Source: Candidatus Bathyarchaeia archaeon
Lineage (GTDB): Archaea > Thermoproteota > Bathyarchaeia > Bathyarchaeales > Bathycorpusculaceae
Length of the DNA: 64,000 nucleotides
Direction of reading: 5' to 3'
Assembly: GCA_041946875.1 (NCBI GenBank)
Contig: JBHGBG010000001.1
Coordinates: forward strand, 10,996 to 74,995
Part shown: positions 16,947 through 25,125 of the stretch, piece after piece
Layout: each line of letters begins with the position of its first letter
Position numbering within the stretch: position 1 is the stretch's first letter
Notes under the pieces: generated by a model
What the model was told of the DNA's origin: nothing
The model's database searches: none
The model's input: the letters and a program-made list of their open reading frames with translations, nothing else
Program-made: the position numbers and the translations under genes

Positions 16947-17738
16947 ATGCAGCAAAGCAACCGACAAGTCATCCTCGCGAATCCAAGCCTCAGCGAAGCC
17001 GCCGCGGCGATTGAGAAGGCGCTCACGCAGAGGCGCACCCTCATCGTGGCGGGCAGATGTCACGTGCACTACGCTGGCAGGGCGAGGTCCACGCTTGAAA
17101 AAGGCGAACGACTGCTAATCATAAAAGAAGACGGCTCGCTGCTAGTTCACCGCCCAGTCGGCTACGAACCCGTCAACTGGCAACCCTCCGGAAGCGTCTT
17201 CCACGTCCAAGTCAAGGACGGCACGCTGGAGGTGCATGGGGTGAGGCAGAAGCCCCGCGAAAGCGTCCGCGTCACGTTCGACGCGGTCTTCATGGTTTCC
17301 GCCCTCGCGCTTCAAGACTCAGGAGACTTTCTCCTCTACGCCACAGAAGAGGACATGCACCGAGCAGTGCTCCTGAAGCCCGAACTGTTCGAGGAAGGGT
17401 TCAAGCCGATAAGCTGGGAGAAACACGTGGAGCCCGGATTCGTGGACATCTACGGCGAGGACAAAGACGGCAAACTCGTCATCATCGAAGTCAAGCGGAA
17501 AACCGCCACCAAAGAAAACGCCCTGCAACTCGCCAAATACATCGAGCCCATCCGAGCCAAGGTGAACCGTGAAATCCGAGCCGTTCTGGCAGCGCCTAGC
17601 TTGGGCAAGGACGTGCAGCGCCTTCTTGTCTCCATGGGCTTGGAGTACAAGGCTTTGGACCCGAAGAAGTGCGCCGAAGTGCTGAAGAAAGCCGAGAACG
17701 TCAAACTTGAATCCTTCTTCAACGAGAAAAGCCGTTGA
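16947..17738 (+). CDS. nucS: Endonuclease NucS/EndoMS
   Basis: N-terminal half-barrel region (LIVAGRCHVHYAGRA...LLIIKEDGSLLVH) and C-terminal PD-(D/E)XK motif (VDIYGEDKDGKLVIIEVKR). Confidence 0.8.
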   Translation: MQQSNRQVILANPSLSEAAAAIEKALTQRRTLIVAGRCHVHYAGRARSTLEKGERLLIIKEDGSLLVHRPVGYEPVNWQPSGSVFHVQVKDGTLEVHGVRQKPRESVRVTFDAVFMVSALALQDSGDFLLYATEEDMHRAVLLKPELFEEGFKPISWEKHVEPGFVDIYGEDKDGKLVIIEVKRKTATKENALQLAKYIEPIRAKVNREIRAVLAAPSLGKDVQRLLVSMGLEYKALDPKKCAEVLKKAENVKLESFFNEKSR

Positions 17739-17798
17739 CCGACCGAAGAATGCTTAAATTGCCGAGTCGCACTCTGCTCTCAAGGTGAAAAATCAGCC

Positions 17799-18341
17799 AT
17801 GAACTTCTGGAAAGACCTCCCAGCGGGAGACAACCCACCGCTGCTGTTGAACATGGTGGTCGAGGTCACAAGCGGCTCCAGAGACAAATACGAGTACAGC
17901 ACCAAATGGGAAGCCTTCGTCCTCGACAGAATCATCCCCTCATCAGTCGTTTTCCCCGTCGAATACGGGTTCGTCCCCCAAACCTGGTTCGACGACGGCG
18001 ACCCCATGGACATCATGGTCCTCAGCTTCGAACCCCTACAAGTAGGCGCCGTAGTCAAGGTCAGAGTAATAGGCGCGCTCATCATCGAAGACGAAGCCGG
18101 ACTCGACGCAAAAGTCCTGTCCGTCCTCGTGAACGACGCAAGGTTCGAGGGCTACCACGACATAAGCGACATCCACCAGCACCAGCTCAAAGAGATTCAG
18201 GAATTCTTCGAAACCTACAAGCGCCTAGAGCCCCACAAATGGGCAAAGGCGAAGGAATGGAAAAACGCCAAAGAAGCTGGGAAACTCGTCGAATACGCCA
18301 TGGAGAAGTACCGCAAACTAGACAAAGAGCATCTCGAATAA
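17799..18341 (+). CDS. ppa: Inorganic pyrophosphatase
   Basis: VVEVTSGSRDKYEY and YGFVPQTWFDDGDPMDIMVL are canonical family I PPase motifs. Confidence 0.9.
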   Translation: MNFWKDLPAGDNPPLLLNMVVEVTSGSRDKYEYSTKWEAFVLDRIIPSSVVFPVEYGFVPQTWFDDGDPMDIMVLSFEPLQVGAVVKVRVIGALIIEDEAGLDAKVLSVLVNDARFEGYHDISDIHQHQLKEIQEFFETYKRLEPHKWAKAKEWKNAKEAGKLVEYAMEKYRKLDKEHLE

Positions 18342-18363
18342 CCTGCGCAGACTCTTCTGCCGT

Positions 18364-18840
18364 CTACTTCTGGGTCTTCTTGCCCAGGTCCTTCTCCATC
18401 GCCTTAGCTAAGAGCTTCCAGGCTTGGGCGTCGTCTTTGCACAGCTTGTCTGCCAGCTGTTTGACTTCTGCTTCGCTCATCTTCTTCTCGTACTCGAGCT
18501 GAAGACCAGTGAAACTCAAACGCGAGGCTTTCCCGCCGACCGCCCGAATCGCGTAGAGAAACTGCGAGTACTTATAAGGACCCGCCAGGTGCGTGGAGAC
18601 CCAGAACAGCTGGTTAGGGTACAACTGCACGAGTTTCTGCTTCTCGACTTTTGAACCGCCAACGAGAAAAGCATCCGTCAGAATCACCGTGCTGTCGGTC
18701 AGCCAGTTGATTTGCCTTTCGGCGCCGACTTCGCCCATGAGCGCGTGGTCGCTTGGGTCGTAGTCGGTGCACCACTCGTATGCCTTGCGAGCGGGAACTG
18801 AGAAGCGTTGAGTGAAGTGGTAACGGATTGGACACGGCAT
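18364..18840 (-). CDS. Hypothetical protein, possibly SRPBCC/START-like
   Basis: 158-aa clean ORF. The fold guess is weak and rests on the N-terminal pattern (F.VPARKAYEWCTDYDP). Confidence 0.4.
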   Translation of the reverse strand: MPCPIRYHFTQRFSVPARKAYEWCTDYDPSDHALMGEVGAERQINWLTDSTVILTDAFLVGGSKVEKQKLVQLYPNQLFWVSTHLAGPYKYSQFLYAIRAVGGKASRLSFTGLQLEYEKKMSEAEVKQLADKLCKDDAQAWKLLAKAMEKDLGKKTQK

Positions 18841-18905
18841 GGAAACTCACCTGCCTCAAACTGCGTGGAACGGTTATATTACACTTGCGCCGCGCCCATC
18901 GAGGG

Positions 18906-20252
18906 TCAGCTGGAGCGGAAGTAGTCGGTCAGCCTCTTCTGGAACAGCAGGTTCCTCAGCATGTGACCCTGAACAATCCACTGGTGCATAGGAATCTCGA
19001 ACCGGCCGCTGATGAACTTCAACGCCTCGTTCAGCGTCCTAAACTGGAAAGGCTTCTGACGCATGGCATTCCGCACATTCTCCCTTACTTGCCAAACGCC
19101 CACGGGCATGATGTAGCCGGGTCGGGCTTCGCGCAGAACGACGACGGTTGCCTGCCTGCGTTCCTTCACAAGTTGCTCGCACACCGCAAGCCTCGCCGAG
19201 TAGTAGCATCCGCCAATCTGCGCGTACGTGGTTCTGCCGTCGTTGCCTTCCCAGTCGGAGTAAATCTCCACCGTTGCCCCGTTCGGGTTCCAAACTGTGC
19301 CGGGGTACCAGGCTTCCATAGACTCGTAGCTCCACTGCGCTGGGACCATGAGAATCTCGAACACGTTGTCCAAGTAGATGGACTCGTACACGCGGAACTC
19401 GTTGATTTCGGGAAAAGTCTTCACCTGCTCCACAAGGCCTTTGCCGATGATGTCGTCAACCGCGGTGATGCTCCAGCGTGTGGGCACGAGGCGACGCTTC
19501 TTCTCCAGTCCGAAGGCGCCGACGCTGAAGGCTTTCTGAATCTTCGTGACCATGACGCCGCTCTTGTACAAGTCCAGCACCGCGGGCTGAGCCTTCAAGT
19601 CCGTATCGTAATAAGCCTTCTCCACGTGATGATCAAACCTCGCGTCTCCCACGTGCAAGTCCCGAATTGGCGCGGAGGGACCGAAAGGCTGCACTTCAGC
19701 GTCCATGAAAATCGAGCCGCGAGGCTTCTTCGTCAGGTTTAACTCGATGTCCACGCTGTTCTCCGCCAGAGCCAACTCCCGCGTCTGCTCCACGATTTTC
19801 CCTGCCTGCGTGAACGCCTGCACATGGACGCGGTGCTTGCCGCGAACGAGGAGACTGCGGAACCCGACGATTTCGTCTATGGTCTTTCCGAACCACCGCT
19901 CGGGCAAGTCGAACAGCGAAGTATCCTCTTGAACGGGCGGAACGAGCGGTCCAGCGTAGACGTAAGGATAGCCGATTCTGCCGATGAACACACTGGGAGG
20001 CGAAACCCCGTCGATGTCCTCGCTAAACATGAGGGGCACGCTGCGCAGGTAGCTGTTGACCTTGACCATGATGGGGCAGCGGGTTTTTCCGCACAGGTTT
20101 CGGGCGCCCTTACAGAGAACGCAGAGGCTACTCTGCCGGGCACGGGTTGTTATCTGCCGCTCTTCCACGGCGGCGCTGTTGACCTGCCTGATGACGTTGA
20201 GTAGCCAGTTGTCGCCCGAAGAGGCAGAACCGCGAACCTGAGTCTGAATCAT
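18906..20252 (-). CDS. Nre-family (COG1602, DUF650/DUF651) putative DNA-repair protein
   Basis: Cys motif LCVLCKGARNLCGKTRCP followed by GVSPPSVFIGRIGYPYV, which I recognise from archaeal NreA-like proteins. Confidence 0.55.
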   Translation of the reverse strand: MIQTQVRGSASSGDNWLLNVIRQVNSAAVEERQITTRARQSSLCVLCKGARNLCGKTRCPIMVKVNSYLRSVPLMFSEDIDGVSPPSVFIGRIGYPYVYAGPLVPPVQEDTSLFDLPERWFGKTIDEIVGFRSLLVRGKHRVHVQAFTQAGKIVEQTRELALAENSVDIELNLTKKPRGSIFMDAEVQPFGPSAPIRDLHVGDARFDHHVEKAYYDTDLKAQPAVLDLYKSGVMVTKIQKAFSVGAFGLEKKRRLVPTRWSITAVDDIIGKGLVEQVKTFPEINEFRVYESIYLDNVFEILMVPAQWSYESMEAWYPGTVWNPNGATVEIYSDWEGNDGRTTYAQIGGCYYSARLAVCEQLVKERRQATVVVLREARPGYIMPVGVWQVRENVRNAMRQKPFQFRTLNEALKFISGRFEIPMHQWIVQGHMLRNLLFQKRLTDYFRSS

Positions 20253-20392
20253 CGCTAATTCTGGTGAGGCTTGCTCTCATATGTTTTCTGCACGCAAAAA
20301 GCTCAAAACAACATAACCCCTCAAGCTTCAAGAAGCACGGAGAAAAACAGAAGCTTTTTCTTCACGGACCGTCTTGTCGAAGAACGAGCAGC

Positions 20393-21166
20393 ATGAAGGA
20401 AGAAACTGAAAGCTTCATCAAAGGTTACGTCAAGGCTTGCAGGTCAAAGGTGCCCACCGCTACAAGCTGGGAAGAACCCTTGGTAGCCTTCGCAGACGCC
20501 CAGGACCCCTTGTTCCCGAGGCTCAAACAACTCGTGGATGCCCAGCACTTCCTGCCCGCGGACCTGCAGGCTGACGCAAAGACGGTCGTTTCCTACTTTC
20601 TTCCGTTCACAAGAGAAACCACGTTGAGCAACGCGCGGGGCAGAGGCGCCTCGGAGCAGTGGGCAAAATCCTACGTCGAAACCAACCAGCTGATCACAAA
20701 CCTCAGCAAAGCTATCTGCGAAATGCTGGAGCAGCACGGGTTCAGAGGAGCAGTAACATTGCCGACTCACAACTTTGACGAAGAAAAACTCGTCTCCAAC
20801 TGGTCTCAGAAGCATGTAGCTTACATCGCGGGCTTGGGCACGTTCGGACTGCACAGCATGATAATCACCGAGAAGGGCTGCTGCGGCAGACTCGGAAGCA
20901 TAGTCACAAACGCAGAAATCACACCCACCCAAAGGAGTGCAAAGGAGTTCTGCCTGTTCAAACTGGACGGCTCATGCGGAGCATGCGTCAAGAAATGCAG
21001 ACCGAAAGCTCTCAAAGCAGACTCTCTGGACAAGCGGGCGTGTTATGAGGAATGCCTTACAAACGCCAGAAAGTACGCGGCGCTCGGGTTGGCCGACGTG
21101 TGCGGGAAATGCGTGGTCAACGTTCCGTGCAGCTTCACAAACCCCTCCAGAGCTGCGAAAACCTGA
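20393..21166 (+). CDS. QueG/reductive-dehalogenase-superfamily-like Fe-S protein
   Basis: AGLGTFGLHSMIITEKGCCGRLGSIVT resembles the QueG core, and C-terminal cysteine clusters (CGACVKKC, CGKCVVNVPC) follow. Start chosen at the internal ATG at 20393. Confidence 0.45.
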   Translation: MKEETESFIKGYVKACRSKVPTATSWEEPLVAFADAQDPLFPRLKQLVDAQHFLPADLQADAKTVVSYFLPFTRETTLSNARGRGASEQWAKSYVETNQLITNLSKAICEMLEQHGFRGAVTLPTHNFDEEKLVSNWSQKHVAYIAGLGTFGLHSMIITEKGCCGRLGSIVTNAEITPTQRSAKEFCLFKLDGSCGACVKKCRPKALKADSLDKRACYEECLTNARKYAALGLADVCGKCVVNVPCSFTNPSRAAKT

Positions 21167-21245
21167 CCAAGACAATCCTACGTTCCGATAGGCTTCGGTT
21201 GCAAGAAAGGCTTAAAGCCCCAGCATGGTCTTGGCTTAGACTCAA

Positions 21246-22172
21246 GTGGAAAACTTGGACGCAAACCTCTTAGGCAACTCAGCCGCGATTCTTACCGCGT
21301 TCCTGTGGACCGGCAGCTCCATCCTGTTCACCTCCGCAGGCAAGCGAATGAGTTTCTTCAGCGTCAACGCCTTCCGCTCCGCCATCACAGTCGGCATGCT
21401 CGCCCTCGCCCATGTTGTCCTACTGGGCTATGTTCTGCCTGCTGCCAGCGGCGAGCAGTGGTTCTGGATGGGGTTGAGCGGCATCGTGGGGCTGGGCATC
21501 GGCGACTTCGGCTTGTTTGCCGCCTACATCCTAATTGGTCCGAGGCGAGCGCTTCTGATAATGGCTTCCTCGCCCATCTTCGCGTCCGTCGGCGCCTTCC
21601 TCATGCTCGACGAAACGTTTCCGGCACTTGCCATTCTTGGAGTGGCGGTTACGTTGATGGGCATAGTTGTGGTCTTGCTGGAAAGGGAAAACGGCACGGA
21701 ACAACCAACCGACGGAAGCAAGCGCAAGGCTTGGGGGCTGTTTGCCGCCACCGTCGCCGCGGCGGGTCAGGGAATCGGCTTGGTGCTCTCCAAACAAGGA
21801 ATGTACGTCGGAGGAGAAGTAGCCATGAACCCCGTGTCGGCAGCCCTGATTCGGATGATGATTGCTACGGTGTTCGTGTGGGTCGCCGCATTGCTGTTCA
21901 AGAAACTGCCTGAACTGCGCAAAACGGCGAAAGACAGAGAGGGCTTGAAGTTTGTTTCTGGCGGCGCCCTGATTGGGCCTTTCCTGGGTATGACACTCTC
22001 CCTGCTCGCGGTGTCTTACACGGAGGCGGGCATTGCTCAGACGCTGCTCTCGCTGGAGCCGCTGATTATCATCCCGCTCATGTGGTTGCTGTATCGCGAG
22101 CGGACGAACTGGCGAGGAATCCTCGGAGCCGTCTTAGCCGTAGTCGGCGTGACAATCTTAATGCTGACTTGA
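21246..22172 (+). CDS. DMT-superfamily (EamA) transporter
   Basis: Ten TM helices arranged as two EamA-like halves. Confidence 0.75.
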   Translation: MENLDANLLGNSAAILTAFLWTGSSILFTSAGKRMSFFSVNAFRSAITVGMLALAHVVLLGYVLPAASGEQWFWMGLSGIVGLGIGDFGLFAAYILIGPRRALLIMASSPIFASVGAFLMLDETFPALAILGVAVTLMGIVVVLLERENGTEQPTDGSKRKAWGLFAATVAAAGQGIGLVLSKQGMYVGGEVAMNPVSAALIRMMIATVFVWVAALLFKKLPELRKTAKDREGLKFVSGGALIGPFLGMTLSLLAVSYTEAGIAQTLLSLEPLIIIPLMWLLYRERTNWRGILGAVLAVVGVTILMLT

Positions 22173-22267
22173 AGCTGAAGTCTTCTTTGGAAACGGCGGA
22201 TGCGGCTGTGCGGTGAAACCGCAAGGTTTAAACGCTTTTCGCAGAAACTATTGTTTGGTGTTTTGAT

Positions 22268-22546
22268 ATGGAAAAATCCAGTCAGAAATATTTCTCAATG
22301 ATAAAACTAGGTCCAGCGGGCGCAGGAAAACTGTACGCTGCAGTCATGAAGTGGAAAGAAAAACCAATCGACGGCGTCAAGCTTGAAGAAGCCTACCAAG
22401 TGTTTGGCAAGTGGGATTTCGCCATTCTGTTCGAGGCGGACACAAATGAGAACGCACTTCACTTCGTCGGCGACGTTGTGCGACCCATTGAAGGCGTGGC
22501 TTCGATGAAGACAACGCCCATTTCGCCGATTAGAAAATGGCGCTGA
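22268..22546 (+). CDS. Stand-alone Lrp/AsnC ligand-binding (RAM-like) domain protein
   Basis: 92 aa. VFGKWDFAILFEADTNE...IEGV..T.T resembles the AsnC_trans_reg effector domain. There is no HTH. Confidence 0.4.
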   Translation: MEKSSQKYFSMIKLGPAGAGKLYAAVMKWKEKPIDGVKLEEAYQVFGKWDFAILFEADTNENALHFVGDVVRPIEGVASMKTTPISPIRKWR

Positions 22547-22588
22547 ACCTGAGCATTCTTTTTCTTGTTTTCCTCAAAAGGAGTAGAG

Positions 22589-22695
22589 TGGCGCCCAGGC
22601 CGGGATTCGGACCCGGGTCCTGCGGGCGACAGCCGCATATACTGCTCCGGCAACATGAAAGAACTCATGTTGAGACCGGACTATACTACCTGGGC
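22589..22695 (-). tRNA. tRNA-Asp (anticodon GUC) with a 29-nt non-canonical intron in the D-loop; CCA encoded
   Basis: The minus strand reads GCCCAGG UA GUAU AGUCCGGUCU [CAACATGAGTTCTTTCATGTTGCCGGAGC] A GUAU A UGCGG CUGUCGC CCGCA GGAC CCGGG UCCGAAU CCCGG CCUGGGC G CCA. The cloverleaf closes only after the 29 nt at 22644-22672 are removed. The intron contains a perfect 8-bp hairpin (CAACATGA/TCATGTTG). Confidence 0.8.
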
Positions 22696-22721
22696 AGTTC
22701 GTTTCGTGCAGAATCTCTCTC

Positions 22722-23654
22722 TTATTCAGACATATAAAGATACTTTTTGCCCGTGATGCTTTCAAAGCGCTTTGCGTGTTTTTGATTGTGGAAACCAATA
22801 GATTTGGCGAATTTATCAACTTCCCTTCTTGCATACAGACCGCATTTTGGCGAAGGCGTGTCAGACCATTTACTAGGCTTGAAGCCAAGTTGCAGAAGAC
22901 CTCGTCTGTATGTTTCCTGAATTCCTTTAATCTTAGAGGTTAGTTCCAACTGGGGCATGCTTCGATTGGAAGATTTGGGGAAAACTGTTCCGTCGGTGTC
23001 AAACAATCCTCTTATGCATGACTTAAGATAAGAATTATTCTCAAAAATCCATGACGGTATGCCTACATTTTGCTTTTTCTTGTTCCCAGGCTTGAGTCCG
23101 TAGTATTCCAACGTAAATACTAAATTCTTGTCATTGACATAAAACATCACAGCCCTTGCAGTCTTAAGTCTGAAACTCTTGAGTGGTTGTCCTAGAACTC
23201 TTGAGAACAACGGAGAAACAAAGGACTCAAGATATTTCCAGTCGTCTTCACCTCCACATATCCTTGCGGCATATTGTCCAGACTCGGAAGAGTCATCAAG
23301 ATGGCCATCACCTAGAATCACACCAATGATTTCAGCCAAGTCACTAGATTTTTCGCAAAGAAGTTTAACCCTCTTTGGCTTTCCGCCTCCACCGGTGACA
23401 CCTCCTTTCTTTTGCCCCCAGTTGGACTTTACCAGTCCAACCACATCGCTGTCGCATTCTTCCTCGGAAATAGCACACAATTGTTTGAATGTTGAGAAGG
23501 AAAGCGTGCATTCCCCATTTCTTAATTCATGACAGAGGTAGTGTGGGTTAAGACCGAACTGCAATGCTAATTCCGCCCACGATAAGCCGGTTTTCGCTTT
23601 CGCTTTTTCAATTAACTTTTTTTGTTTTTCCCTGGGGAGTTTTACTCTTTGCAT
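22722..23654 (-). CDS. Free-standing double-motif LAGLIDADG homing endonuclease with N-terminal HTH
   Basis: Two LAGLIDADG motifs (LAEIIGVILGDGHL and LKSCIRGLFDTDGTV) and an N-terminal HTH-like segment (TGLSWAELALQFGLNPHYL). Confidence 0.8.
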   Translation of the reverse strand: MQRVKLPREKQKKLIEKAKAKTGLSWAELALQFGLNPHYLCHELRNGECTLSFSTFKQLCAISEEECDSDVVGLVKSNWGQKKGGVTGGGGKPKRVKLLCEKSSDLAEIIGVILGDGHLDDSSESGQYAARICGGEDDWKYLESFVSPLFSRVLGQPLKSFRLKTARAVMFYVNDKNLVFTLEYYGLKPGNKKKQNVGIPSWIFENNSYLKSCIRGLFDTDGTVFPKSSNRSMPQLELTSKIKGIQETYRRGLLQLGFKPSKWSDTPSPKCGLYARREVDKFAKSIGFHNQKHAKRFESITGKKYLYMSE

Positions 23655-23847
23655 TTAATTGTCATCTTTTATTAATTTATAGAAATAGCTACACTACTTA
23701 AACCTTACCACGTCCATTCCTCTAGATGGCTGCAAGCGATACTTCTATTTTGAACAGCCATTGCAATTAAGTAACCACGGACTGAAAGCTGCGTAATGCT
23801 TAAAAGGAAATGATACGGAAATACGAACTGTACAGGAGGCCAAAATA

Positions 23848-24498
23848 ATGGCAGACTATCCTTGGACGCTAAAAACCAGCGCACTTGAAGACTTTCTTAA
23901 GAAAATGTCCACAAGACCCGAACCTGCAAGGGTCACGCAAGAGTTTTTGAAATCTTTGGGTTATACGAGCAGCAACGATTGGCAGACGATACCTATCCTC
24001 AAGTTTTCAAAGTTTCTTGACGCAAACGGTAATCCGACTGAATTCTATAGGAACTTCAGAGACACGAGCAAAGCAAAAGCAGTTATGGCACAAGCAATAC
24101 GAGAGAGTTACTCGGAATTGTTTTTGGCTCATGCAGCTCCTTGGCAAGCGAGCGATGTGGACTTAGAGAATTTCTTTCGGACAAAAACAGGCAGAGGCGA
24201 AAGGATGTTACGTGCAACAGTTGGAACATTCAAGGAACTGTGCCAATTTGCGGATTTTGGAGCCGCACCAATCCAAATGCAGCCTTCTTTGCAACAGGCA
24301 AACGCAACAGTCACAACGTTATCAACAGCTAGTGCGCAACCCCCAACAATTCATTTGCCAATTACAAGAGAAGGTGGAGTAAATTTGAACGTTGACATAA
24401 GACTTGAACTGCCTGCCACACAGGACGCGAGCGTCTATGACAAAATCTTCGAGTCTCTCAAGAAACACCTTCTCAACCCAAACTCAAAAGCAGATTGA
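23848..24498 (+). CDS. DUF5343-like protein
   Basis: YPWTLKTSALEDFLKKM....P.RVTQEFLKSLGYTSSND...ILKFSKFLD..GNPTEFYRNFR.....KAVMAQAIRESYSELF matches my memory of the DUF5343 family pattern. The C-terminal tail is NVDIRLELPATQDASVYDKIFESLKKHL. Confidence 0.55.
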   Translation: MADYPWTLKTSALEDFLKKMSTRPEPARVTQEFLKSLGYTSSNDWQTIPILKFSKFLDANGNPTEFYRNFRDTSKAKAVMAQAIRESYSELFLAHAAPWQASDVDLENFFRTKTGRGERMLRATVGTFKELCQFADFGAAPIQMQPSLQQANATVTTLSTASAQPPTIHLPITREGGVNLNVDIRLELPATQDASVYDKIFESLKKHLLNPNSKAD

Positions 24499-25036
24499 GA
24501 ATATTCTAAGAGAAGTGTCCAGTTTCAAGACAGAAGCAGATGGTATCCTAATCAAGTTTAAGCCCGTCACTCCTCCGAAAGAGCCAGCGCAAATCCTTGA
24601 GAATCTGTTTTTGAGGTTTCATATCGTGGCAAAGCAACTTCAAAAGAGGCAAAGAAACCGACAACCACTTGAAATAAATGATGAATATGATGTCCAAGAT
24701 TTGTTACATGGGCTTCTCAAAATATTTTTTGATGACGTTAGACCTGAAGAGTACTGTCCGAGCTATGCTGGAACATCTCCTCGTGTTGATTTCTACCTCA
24801 AAAAGGAGCAAATTCTAGTTGAAGCGAAAATGGCAAGCACAAACCATCGTAAGAAGAAAGTTGCCGAGGAGCTAGTTCTAGACAAAGAGTATTATCGCAA
24901 GAAAGAAGGATGTCAAGCGATGTACGCGTTGGTTTACGAGCCTGAAGAAGTGATATCAAATCCCCGTGGTTTTGAAAGCGATTTATGTGAAAAGAGAGAA
25001 AACTTCGAAGCAAGGTTTTTTGTGGTTTCAAAGTAG
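24437..25036 (+). CDS. PD-(D/E)XK-like nuclease-fold protein (start uncertain)
   Basis: DEYDVQDLLHGLL...RPEE...SPRVDFYLKKEQILVEAKM gives a D...(D/E)xK arrangement. The ORF overlaps the upstream gene. Possible starts are ATG 24404 or 24437, or GTG near 24515. Confidence 0.5.
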   Translation: MTKSSSLSRNTFSTQTQKQIENILREVSSFKTEADGILIKFKPVTPPKEPAQILENLFLRFHIVAKQLQKRQRNRQPLEINDEYDVQDLLHGLLKIFFDDVRPEEYCPSYAGTSPRVDFYLKKEQILVEAKMASTNHRKKKVAEELVLDKEYYRKKEGCQAMYALVYEPEEVISNPRGFESDLCEKRENFEARFFVVSK

Positions 25037-25055
25037 TGAAAAACGGTAGTCGCTT

Positions 25056-25088
25056 GCATAATACTAGACCGGACTATACTACCTGGGC
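25056..25088 (-). repeat. Partial, intron-less tRNA-Asp 5' fragment (distal att-like repeat)
   Basis: The minus strand reads GCCCAGGTAGTATAGTCCGGTCT-AGTATTATGC. This is exon 1 joined directly to an exon-2-like sequence (spliced tRNA: ...GGTCT-AGTATATGC). Confidence 0.7.
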
Positions 25089-25125
25089 TCCTAAAGCGTA
25101 GAACAATACTGACTTCCTCCACTAA

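Larger units (their letters stand above)
22673..25088. mobile_element. Low-GC integrated islet at tRNA-Asp, bounded by 23-bp direct repeats (no integrase)
   Basis: AGACCGGACTATACTACCTGGGC occurs at 22673-22695 and 25066-25088. My spot counts of 60-nt lines inside give 40-43% GC, against about 62% at 22081-22140. Confidence 0.6.
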
